From NCBI RefSeq assembly GCF_009914755.1, contig NC_060928.1: DNA of 64,000 nt; one strand, written 5' to 3'. Source of the DNA: the human T2T-CHM13v2.0 reference genome, Homo sapiens. A program made the position numbers and the translations under genes. The notes beneath the pieces are model-generated. The model did not search any database. It was not told the origin of the DNA and saw only the letters and a program-made list of their open reading frames with translations. This document shows positions 50,078 through 61,451 of this stretch, piece by piece (the stretch's first letter is position 1; each line of letters starts with the position of its first letter).

Positions 50078-50502
50078 TGTATTAGTGTCGTAGGCCTGCC
50101 ATAGTAATTTACCATAAACCTGATGGCATATAATAGCAGCAATTCATTCTCTCACAGCTCTGGAGACCAGAAGTCTGAAATCAGTGTGTTAACAGGGTCA
50201 CTCTGTCAGGAATATTTCCTCCTTGCCTCTCTAGCTTCTAGTGGCTTCAGGCACTCATTGACTTGTGGCTGGGTAATTCCAATCTCTGATTCTCTCATTG
50301 CATGGCCTTGTCCTCTTCTTGTGTCTTCTCCTTTTCTGCTTTTTTAGAAGCATAATTGTCACTGGAGTTAGGGTCCACCAGAGTAATCCAGGATGATCTC
50401 AATATTTTTAATTATAGCTACAATGATCTTTTTTCCAAATGAGGTCATATTCATAGGTTGTCTTTATTTTGGTGTGGGGGGGGCGCTATTCCACTCACTA
50501 TA
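50078..50502 (-). mobile_element. MLT1B/C-like solo LTR
   Basis: tgtattag start, ctctcacagctctggagaccagaagtctgaaatca, taatccaggatgatctc. Confidence 0.83.
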
Positions 50503-51019
50503 CCACTTAAATGGTGTCAGGAAAGGGGAACTTGCTATTGGGTACACGAATTTCAGTCAATAAAAACAATAAAATTTTGTGTGGTCAGTTGCTCAAAAAG
50601 TGAATTAATCTTGTGGGTGACTTGAGAGATCAAGTGCATGGTTTGATCTTTTGACTTGGGGCTTTATATGCTGACATACAGAGCGACCTGCAGTTGTGTA
50701 CTTGACCAGTGCCACAGCTTGCTTTTGCTGGAAATGGGAATACAGTGCTAGGCACAAGAGTAGCTGAGGAAACAAGATTTAGGACAAATGTGTAATCATG
50801 CTTGGGGGAGCAAGAAAGGTGTCCATGATTCTGGGCACTCACTTGTCTGGTAGTTGTGTAGATGGGTTCAGCTTGTGACAGTACATCAAGTTGTATGCTT
50901 AAGGTTTGCAAACTTCTTAGTATAAATATAAGTAAAATATTTAAAAGAAACAATTTTTTAGGCATTTAAATCAAGCTATTGTTTCAAAGTAACTATTGTG
51001 CTGTTGTTTAAGGCTTTTT

Positions 51020-51306
<287 letters not shown>

Positions 51307-51601
51307 TGTTTAAGGCTTTTTACGTGTTTTTCCAGCGGGATTTCTTTGCAAGTTTCATGACAAACCATTTATATGTTTTAAAAACTGAAGTCGATTTAAC
51401 TGTCCATAATGCAAAATCACTTACTATGCTTTTCCTTTAGAATCACTGTTTTTAAAAGTTAAGCTATGGATTCAGTAACAATGAGCATATCTAGCACATA
51501 GCTATGGTTTCTAATACTGTGGCTGTTTTTACACTGGGACAAGAAATACATAGGAAGAACATGGAGAATCTTTTAGTAGCAGAAAGTAAGGAGGTACATA
51601 A

Positions 51602-51602
<1 letters not shown>

Positions 51603-51639
<37 letters not shown>
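51603..51639 (+). repeat. (CA)n microsatellite
   Basis: Direct reading. Confidence 0.95.
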
Positions 51640-51641
<2 letters not shown>

Positions 51642-51689
51642 ATAGGGGTATCTCAAAAGGAAATAAGAGCCAACTGAAAGATCTGCCTA

Positions 51690-52393
51690 CGTTACCAGCA
51701 GGGAATCCACACGTTCTGCAGCAACCTCAATTCTTGCCTTCTCATAAGAAAGAATTGGACTGAGGGGCATAAGACAGAAGGAGAGACCAACGCAGAAGTG
51801 AAAGTTTATTAAAAACCTTTAAGACAGGAATGACAGGAAGTACAGTATGCATGGAAGAGGGCCAAGCAGCTACCTGAAAGATCAAGTGAGTGGTTTGACC
51901 TTTTGACTTTGGGCTTTATATGTTGGCGTACTTCTGTGGTCTTGCCATTTTCTCCCCTGATTCTTCCCGTGGGGTAGGCTGTCTGCATGTGCAGTGGCAT
52001 GATAGCACTTGGGAACTGAGTATGTGCGTGTGTTTACTGGAGTTGTATGTCTGCTCATTTGAAGTGTTCTTCCCTTACTAGTCTAGCATTCCTGGAGGAA
52101 GGTCATATGCCAGTTAAACGCCTCCATTTTTTCCTCTTAGTGCGCATGCCTGAGCCCACTCACCACCCACCTCCTGAGATCTTATCCTGAAGCTGCCGAT
52201 CACCAGTATCACGTGTTTCTATCTATTAAGAGACAGCCTTTCCCTGGCACCAGCTGTGACCAATTATTATTTTAGTGACACAGTTAACGACTGCCTGCCC
52301 ATCACCTTATGGACATCTGACAATTCCTGGTGTGTTTGTGTTGGAAAGCCCTCTCCTGCCCGGTTCATGCCTGATGAGCTACCTACAATAACA
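51690..52393 (-). mobile_element. MER50-like (MER4-group ERV1) solo LTR
   Basis: ctgcagcaacctcaattcttgcct, gactgaggggcataag, aaagtttattaaaaa (antisense poly(A) signal), ggaagagggccaagc; 4-bp TSD ccta/tcta. Confidence 0.83.
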
Positions 52394-53533
52394 TCTACAG
52401 CTAAAGCTGGAACAATTTGAGCAACAACATAAAGAAATTAGTATTATAGCTCAGAGTATAAAATATATATCAAGCACCTACAAATAGTATATTGCTAAAT
52501 AAATGAGAAAAATTGATATCCTATGCAAAATAATTTTAAGTCATTTATGTAGATACTCTGCCCCCAGGGAAATGGAGCATAATTCCCTATCTCTTAAGTG
52601 TGAGCTGCCTAGAATGACGCCTTTAGTAAACTGACAGTGACAAAACCGGTCACAGACTTCCTCAGCCAGGCAATAGAGGTTCACAGCAGGGGTAAGTCAT
52701 GTTAGTATTGATATTGATATGCTATGAAAAGAATGACACTTAATCCTTGTGGTCTTCCTCCCCAAACCCTAAATCCTCAGTCTTATAATCATGGGGAAAA
52801 TGTTAAACAAATTCATATTACAGATATTGTAAAAATACTGTTAACATCATCCAAAACAAAGTATTGAAAAAATCCACTGTCTATTAGGAACCTAAAAAGA
52901 CATAACAAGTAAGTACAATGTGGTATCACGGATGGATTTCTGGAACAGAACAATGAACATTGTGTAAAAACAAGGAAAATATGAATAAAGTATGAACTTC
53001 AGTAAATAGTAATGTATCATTACATTCATCAATAGGACAAATATACCATAATAATGTAATAAGATGTTAATTACACAAAACAAAACTGGCTGTGGGGTAA
53101 TTGGAGCACGGTACTATATTTTTAATTTATCTGCAAATTTAAAACAATTCTAAAATAAAAAGTTTGCTTAAAAAATTTTAAAATCCAAGATAAATAGAGG
53201 AATAAATGAGGAATAATGTGTGATAAAACAACTGTAATGGTTGAATCTATGTAGGTACAATATACTCGTTCAGTGTTAAATTCTGTTAACATCACTATTT
53301 ATTTGAAAATTAGAATAAATAGGTGAAAGGAAAGAATTAAGTTCAGTAGAAGGATCAAACTCAATAATTTATGCCAAATGAGTCTCCCATGACCATGAAA
53401 ATACTTACACATAGGAAAAAATGCTTTTACATTTATCTGAGAGTTCTTTTTTTAACATACCGTAAGACCATGTATTCATTTATTAATATTTATTGAAGGT
53501 TTTTTGATAAGTTTATAAAAATTTAGGTCTTTT

Positions 53534-53868
<335 letters not shown>

Positions 53869-54609
53869 TGACAAATGTTTTGAAGTGTCTATTCTTATAT
53901 TAGACTTCACTTAGGAAACAGTAACAGAAATACTAAGCTAGGATTTCTGATGAGTTTTATCAACCTAGACTTAAAGCCATGGCTCTAAGTGCTTAGATGA
54001 TATGCTTCTCTATGATTAAATTAAAGTCTTACCATTTGTTCCAAATGTTTTCTAAATCAAATGAATATATGCATGTGAATATGCAAGCAGGTGTGGGAAA
54101 TTTAAATATTTTGAAGTCATATACAGAATTTAAATAGTTAAAATATGCAGTGACAGTGGAGAAATTTTCTTTTTACTTACTACTATAAAATCAAGTATAA
54201 TTATTTTCTCTGGCATTTCTTTACAAATATGCAATATTATAGAATGTTAATAATCAAGTGGTATTTTTGCTTTAATTTCTCTTTCACAAAGTTTGGTTCT
54301 AAAATGTGAATATTTATGAGAGAGATAAGATGCAAAAAAGAAAGTTTATTATAGGTCTCTATAATCTTTGAGAAGTTCACATGACTGAGAAATATAAAAT
54401 AATTTGATATTCAATGACTGAATATACTGAGGTCCAAATAATTCCTTTAACTTGATTTGTTAGACACAGAGCTACTCATAATATTTTTTCAAAATCTAAG
54501 TGTGATGTGAAAAAAGATATTGCTATAACAAGGTTTTATATTTTTTTAAAAAGAAGGAAAACTGTAAAATCTTTTGATTTGAAAGAGTAAGTTTACATTT
54601 TGTAACATA

Positions 54610-55652
54610 AAATGCTCTTCAGCTTACGATGGGGTTATGTCCCAATAAACCCATCTTTAAATTGAAAATGCTGCCAAGTTGAAAATACATTTAATGCAAA
54701 TAAAAACTACAATGAATTATCATCTCACACCAGTCAGAATGTCTATTATTAAAACGTCAAAAAATAACAAATGCTGGTTAGGTTGTGGACAAAAGGGAGC
54801 CCTTATACACTGCAGAAAGGAATGTAAATTAGTTCAGTCACTGTGAACAGCAGTTTGAAGATTTCTCAAAAAAATTTAAAACAGAAGTACCTTTAGACCC
54901 AGTAATCCCATTACTGAGTATATATCCAAACGAGTATATATGTATTTATATCATAAAGACACATGCATGCAAATTTGCATTGTACCACTTTTCACAATAG
55001 CAAGGACATAAAATCAATCTAGATGCTCATCAGTATTTGACTGGATAAAGAAAATATAGTACATATACACAGTGGAATACTGCACAGCCATAAAAAGAAT
55101 GAAACCCTTTCTTTTGCAGTGAAATGGATGCAACTGGAGGTTGTCATCCTAAGTGAAGTAATGCAGGAACAGAAAAACAAATACCACATGTTCTCCTTTA
55201 TACGTGGGTCTAAATTCTGAGTACACATAGACACAAAGAGGGTAACAATAGGCACTGCAACTTACCTGAGGGTGGAGGGTGAAAGGAGGATGAGGATTGA
55301 AAAACTATCTATTGAGTAGTATGTTTACTACTTGGGTGATGAAATCACTTGTACACCAAACAAGTGACATGCAATTTACCCATGTAACAAACCTGCACAT
55401 GAACCACATGACAGTGAAATAAAAGTTGGAAAAAAAAAGAAAGAAAGAAACATAAGAGAGGCCAATAAAAAGCTTTTGGGGGCCAAAAAGAAATAAAAAC
55501 AGAAAAAAGCTTTCTTTGGCCAAAAAAAAAAAGCAAAAGATTATGCATTTAATACTATACCTAACCTACTGAGCATCGTACCTTTACCCTAGCCTACCTT
55601 AAATGTGCACAGAATATTTACATTAGCCTGTTTCATAATAAAGTGTTGAATT
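54610..55652 (+). mobile_element. Tigger4-like DNA transposon in two pieces (54610-54695 and 55543-55652), split by an L1
   Basis: cttacgatggggttatgtcccaataaacccatc, then cctaacctactgagcatc..cctagcctaccttaaatgtg..taataaagtgttgaat. Confidence 0.85.
54696..55450 (+). mobile_element. 5'-truncated L1PA15/16-like element
   Basis: catctcacaccagtcagaatg, 3'UTR gagggtggagggtg..gaggattgaaaaact, aaataaaagttgg and A tail. Confidence 0.92.
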
Positions 55653-55729
55653 ACTACTCTTGCTTCTTTATTTCTATAAGCTAGTTAAAATGATGAAGAA
55701 AAAATTAAGTGAGAGAAAATTTAGTCTTA

Positions 55730-55915
55730 TGTAGTATGATACATTTAAAAAACAAATATTGAATTAAAAGTCAGAAAGCTTGAAGTTACCTAGATTTTTC
55801 AAAATAAACTTTTGTTATCATGGAAAAGACACTTGACTCTCTGTGCTTCTATTTAGTTATTTACATAGTTAGAGAATTACGTTAAACAAAATCTATAAAC
55901 TTCTGCTCTAAAATT
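55730..55915 (+). mobile_element. MIR-like remnant
   Basis: agtcagaaag, cacttgactctctgtgcttc; very diverged. Confidence 0.45.
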
Positions 55916-58517
55916 TATTCTATCAATAGACATGTTTATTGGAAAATATGCTAGATGCAATGATTTATAATCTCAAAGGATACCACTATTCTTCCATCAC
56001 GAAAGTTAGCTCCAGCTAGTGAGTAGAGCCAAGACTGCAAATAGTATATAGGTCACTGCATCTGAATATTCAAATAGCCAAAGGCCAAACTGGCATTAAA
56101 GTACAAAATATTTATGGGTATAAAGTTATAATAAGAAAAAATTGTAGAAATATTTTTAAATAATTAAAAATATACATTAAGAATGTGTGTTAAGGAAGAG
56201 TCTACTCTGATTGGATTGGATCTTTTGGTAAAACTGTTGTCATTTTTGAAAAATCTGTTTATTTCACTCACATTTTATGGTTTACTCCTAATGTTTGAAT
56301 AAAAAGAAATAACATGGCAGGTTAATAAAAGAGGACCAGTAGAAAGAGTCTGACTAAGGTTATGTTATTAGCTATTTTTACAAACATGCATGTATGCACA
56401 CACATGCACACACACACACACATTTAACATCAAATAATTAGGCAAAATAAAAGATGTTAATGTATTTTAATTTCCACATTATGACTAAAAGTATAATTAT
56501 TACGACTCTGCATTATAGGGTCTGTAATTTTTTTCTTTGAATTGTATAAATAGACTGCATATCTAAGGAATTCATTGTTCTGCACCTATATGTTCCAAAT
56601 ACATATTTTTCAGCTTATGTTTCCAGACAGTTAATTTTTTAAAAGACATTTTTGAACTATATTATTGGATCATATCAAATATGTAAATTTTATTCATATT
56701 GAGAAAAATAAAGCAGGGTTACTTACATAGAACATGTACTTCAGTGATGAATGGTAAGTACTAATATTGCCACATCAGTTGCAACTTCAAGTTTATAAGT
56801 ACTACATATTATTCTCCTTTGAACATAATGGATGGAACAAGTTAGTTTGGTTGCCTTCGGGGGATCTAAGAATAAAGACAAGTAGCAGATGGCTTACTGT
56901 TGTCAGATCACCTATGTGAGATTGGGACAAGGTGGACAACCCTAAGACTTCTGGTCCAGGAGGAAAGGAGAAGAGGGAAGTTTGTATCCAACACCCCAGG
57001 CTTTTAGAGCACTTCTATAGGGAAAGAGAGAACCTGGCTTATTGTAGCTAGTATGGCTATGTGAGATCCAGAGAAGGCACAGAACACTGAGACATCACCA
57101 AAAGGAGGAAGGAAGAGTAGTAGAGCATACATGTCACAGAAAAGATTTTAGAGGCTTCCAGAATATCTAGGTAGGTTTATTGCTATAGGTCTTTTTTTAT
57201 TGAAATTAACTTGTAAAAACTGGAAAAATTGGCTGTTCCTTTCAATGCACAAATACTAACATAAAGCAACAAGAAACATGAATAATCATGGAAACATGAC
57301 AAATGAACAAAATAAATCTCCACTAACTGACCTTCAAGAAATGAAGATCTGTGAATTGTCTGACAGGGAATTCAAAATGAAGGTCTTAAAGAAGCTTGGT
57401 AAATTATAAGAGAACACACTACACAACTAAATGGAATCAGGAAAATAATGCATGAACAAATGAGAATATCAATAAAAATATAGAAGCCATAAAAATAACC
57501 AAATAGAAATTATAGAGCTAGAGATACAATAACTGAAACAAAAAGAAATCAATACAGAGTACCAAAAGCAGACTTGATCAAGCAGAGAAAAGAATCAGTA
57601 AACTCAGAGGAACAAAAAAAGAAAGAAAAATCAGGCAAAAAAATTAGAAACATACAAAACATCATTAAGCGACCAATGAATGCCTTATGGAAGTCACAGA
57701 GGGAGAAGAGATAGAGAGAGGGTCAGATATATTCTTTAAAGAAAACTCCCTAAACCTAAGGAGAAAAATGTATATTCAGATCATGAAGACCAAAAGATCT
57801 CTAAGTAGAGGAACTCAAAGAAATCTATTCTGAGACACATCACAATCACATCATCAAACGATCAAGACAAACAGAGAATTTGAAAGCAGCAAGAGAAACG
57901 AGACTCATCATATGCAAGAGAGCTTCCATATCAGCACTTTGCTAAACAGAAACATTTCAGGGCAGAAAGAAGTGGGATGATAGATTCAAAGTGCTGAAAG
58001 AAAAAAATCCGCCAACTAAGAATATGTATTTGGTAAAAGTGCCATTCAAACACGAAGAAATAAAAACTTTCCCATATAAACAAAAGCTGAGGCAGTTTAT
58101 CACCACTAACCTTTCTTATAATAAATGCTAAAGGAAGTCCTCCAGTTTGAGACAAAAGGGCATTAAATAGAAACATGAAGGTATATGAAAGTATAACTCA
58201 CTGGCAAAGCAAATATATAGGCAAATACAGAATACAGTAATGGGGGCATGTAAATACATTGTAATTTTTAGTACATAAGTTAAAAGACAAAAATATTAAG
58301 AATAACTACAATTACATAAAATTTTAATGGATACACAATATACAAGATGTAAACTGTAACATCAGTGGCATAAAGTGTGTTTGCAGGAGAAGTAAAAGTG
58401 TAGCTTTACATATATGCAATTTATGATAAATTATTTCAACTTAAAATGACTATTATAAGAATAAGAACTTATATGAGATCTTTATGATAACCACAAAGAA
58501 AATATCTATAAGGGACT

Positions 58518-58887
58518 TGTATTAGTCTCTTTTCACACTGTTATAAAGATACTGCCCAAGACTGGATAATTTATAGAGGACAGAGGTTTAATTGACTCAC
58601 AGTTCTGCATGGCTGGGAAGGCCTAAGAAAATTTACAATTATGGTGAAAGGTAAAGAAGCAGCGAGCACCTTTTTGACAAGGCAGTAGGAAAGAGAGAAG
58701 TGAAAGAGGAACTTACAAACACTTATAAAACCTTCAGATCTCATGAGAACTCACTCACTACCATGAGAACATCATGATCGAATCACCTCCCTCCCTCTAC
58801 ATGTGGGATTACAGGTCCCTTCCTTGACATGTGGGGATTACAATTCGAGATGAGATTTGGGAGAGGAAACAGAGCCAAACCATATCA
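58518..58887 (-). mobile_element. THE1D/MST-like solo LTR
   Basis: tgtattagtc...gccaaaccatatca; perfect 5-bp TSD ggact at 58513-58517 and 58888-58892. Confidence 0.93.
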
Positions 58888-59797
58888 GGACTCAACTTAA
58901 ATTTAAGAACATACAAATGTTGAACATAAAAAGATGAAAAAAGGTATTCCATGCAAACAGTAGAAAAAAAAGGAGTCAAGGTTAAAATTATATCAAACAA
59001 AATAGACTTAAATCAAAAATTATCTCAAAAGACCAAAAGACAAAGAAGTTAATCTATAATAATAAAAGATCCAAGTCATCAGGGAATTACAACAATCCAA
59101 AACATATGCACTCAACATCAGGGTGTATATAGAAATTAAACAATGCACACCTGAACAACCAATGGGTGAAAAAAGAAAAGAGAAATTCTAAAATACTTCG
59201 TAAAAAATGATAATGAAAACAAAACACACCAAAGCTTAAGGAATGAAGCAAAAGCAGTACTAAGAGGGAATTTTATATCAATAAATGGCCTACATTAACA
59301 AGGAAGAAAGAGCATCAATAAACAACTTACGTATATACCTAGAGAAACCAGGAAAAGAACAAACTAAGCCCAAAATTAGAAGAAGAAGGATTAAAGCAGA
59401 AATAAACAAAATGGAGAATAGAAAATCCAACAAAACTAGGTATTGGGGTTTTATACGATGACAAAACTTTCTTAAAATAAGAAAGAAGGCAGAAAACTCA
59501 ACAAACAAAATCAGAAATTAAAAGGAGATATTATAACTGATGTTGCATACATAAAAACTACTGTGAACGTATGAGCAACTGTACATCAAAACAATGGATA
59601 ATCTAGGTGGAATAGATAAATTTCTAAAAACATACACCTGCTATGAATGAATTATGAAGAAACAGAAAACCTGAACAGACCTACAACACGTAAGGAGATT
59701 GAATAAGTAAACAATAATGTCCCAATTAAGAAAAGCCCGGGGCCAATTTGCTCCACAGGTGAATTCTACCAAATATTTGAAATGAATTATGCCATTC

Positions 59798-59905
59798 CTT
59801 CTCTTCTCAAGAATTGAAGAGAAGCTTCTCTTCTCAAGAATTGAAGAGAAGCTTCTCTTCTCAAGAATTGAAGAGAAGCTTCTCTTCTCAAGAATTGAAG
59901 AGAAG
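59798..59905. repeat. Minisatellite, 4 perfect copies of 27-bp cttctcttctcaagaattgaagagaag
   Basis: Copies start at 59798, 59825, 59852 and 59879; also visible as RSFSSILEK repeats in ORF 59641-59910. Confidence 0.98.
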
Positions 59906-60663
59906 GACACATTTACAAACTTATTTTTATGATGTCAGCATTACAAACTTATTTTATGATGGCAACATTGCCCAGCAAAGCTAGGCAAAAGTACTGCAAG
60001 AAGAATAAACTTCAAGCTAGAAATATACTTGATAAAACCTAGTTCCAAAATTATTAACAGAATAATAGCAAACTGAATAGCTGTTGAACTCAACAGAACA
60101 TTGAAAACATCATACAGTATGTTCAAGTGAGATTTATCTTTGAGCGGCAAGGATATTTCAATATATGCAAATATGATACACCACATTAACAAAAACAAAG
60201 TGTACTAATCAGATGAGCATAATCATCTTAATAGATTCAGAAAAAGCATTTGATAAAATTCAATACTCTTTTATGATAAAAATATTCAATAAACTTGGTA
60301 AAGAAGAAATTTAACTCAACATAATAAAGGCCACAGTAGTAGACTTGGATGTAAGTTCTTCATATATGAAAAACAAGATGTGGGGAAATGCAAGAAAGAA
60401 GCAAGGGAGTATTTCAAATGAAAACTCAGGGGAAGCTACAATGTTTTATCTATGTACAAGTCTTTATATGAACTTTAAAGGGCAAAAGAATAAGTACATA
60501 GAATATCCATCTGATAAGGACAAAGGATTGTGGAAACTTTGGGATTCTTCTGACATTTATTTGGTAACTACTTTGCCTTATATAAATTCCAAGACCATTT
60601 TGTAAAGTTAAACAAAGAATAATTAATATATTGGATTCATAATTTATAATCATATTTAGTTTA

Positions 60664-61451
60664 TATAATGGTTAACTATATGTCTCTACTTTGCGGGTCC
60701 ACAGTGCCTAGATACATGGTCAAACATTCTGGATGTTTCTGTGAGGGTATTTTTTTTACGAGATTAACACTTAAATCAAGGGACTTTTTGAGAAAAGCGG
60801 ATTACTTTCCCTAATATGAGTCGGGTTTTTTTTTTTTTATCTTGTTTTTTTATTTTATTTTATTATTATTATACTTTAAGTTTTAGGGTACATGTGCACA
60901 ATGTGCAGGTTTGTTACATATGTATACATGTGCCATGTTGGTGTGCTGACCCATTAACTGGTCATTTAGCATTAGGTATATCTCCTAATGCTATCTCACC
61001 CCCTCCCCCCACCCCACAACAGGCCCCAGTGTGTCATGTTCCCCTTCCTGTGTCCATGTGTTCTCATTGTTCAATTCCCACCTATGAGTGAGAACATGCG
61101 GTGTTTGGTTTTTTGTCCTTATGATAGTTTGCTGAGAATGATGAGTCGGCTTTATCCAATCAGCAGAAGGGCTGAATAGACCAAAGGACCGACCTCCTGC
61201 GGATAAGAATTCTGCCAGCAGATGGCTGTCAGACTTGAACTGCAACCTTGTCTTTTCCCTAAATTATCACACCTCAGACTTCAGACTGCATTGTCTCTTT
61301 CCTGGAATCCAGCCTGAAGGCTCTGGGACTTGAACTGTAGATTTTGGACTTGTCAGACTTCATAATTCTGTAAGCCAATGCCTTAAAATAAATTTCTTTA
61401 TACTAATATCCAGATCCTATTAATTTTATTTCTCTGGTGGATCCTAATACA
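60664..61451 (+). mobile_element. MLT2D-like solo LTR split by an L1PA
   Basis: tggtcaaacattctggatgtttctgtgagggt, tccaatcag..gaagggctgaataga, agccaatgccttaaaataaat, ctaataca end. Confidence 0.87.
60829..61140 (-). mobile_element. Short L1PA3/4-like 3' end
   Basis: ttatactttaagttttagggtacatgtgcac...; TSD atgagtcgggttt (60816-60828) / atgagtcggcttt (61141-61153). Confidence 0.94.

Larger units (their letters stand above)
51450..53175 (+). mobile_element. L1MD/L1MC-type 3'UTR, split by an ERV1 LTR
   Basis: gagccaactgaaaga|gctaaagctggaacaatttgagcaac continuity; ctcttaagtgtgagctgc, tcttcctccccaaa. Confidence 0.78.
56900..60335 (+). mobile_element. Old L1M element: 5' region, ORF1 and 5' half of ORF2, 3'-truncated
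   Basis: ORF1-like gaattcaaaat..tcttaaagaagct, ttgaaagcagcaagaga; ORF2-like aaagcagtactaagaggga, gaaaacctgaacagacc, atagattcagaaaaagcatttgataaaattcaa. Confidence 0.85.

Noticed and set aside
58780-58845. Internal repeat in the THE1-like LTR (ctccctctacatgtgggattaca / ttccttgacatgtggggattaca)
   Set aside because: I recall this as a common variant within THE1C/D LTRs, so it is unlikely to be locus-specific.
59798-59905. CRISPR-like array of palindromic 27-bp repeats
   Set aside because: Units are directly adjacent with no spacers, there are no cas genes, the context is human, and the unit derives from L1 ORF2.
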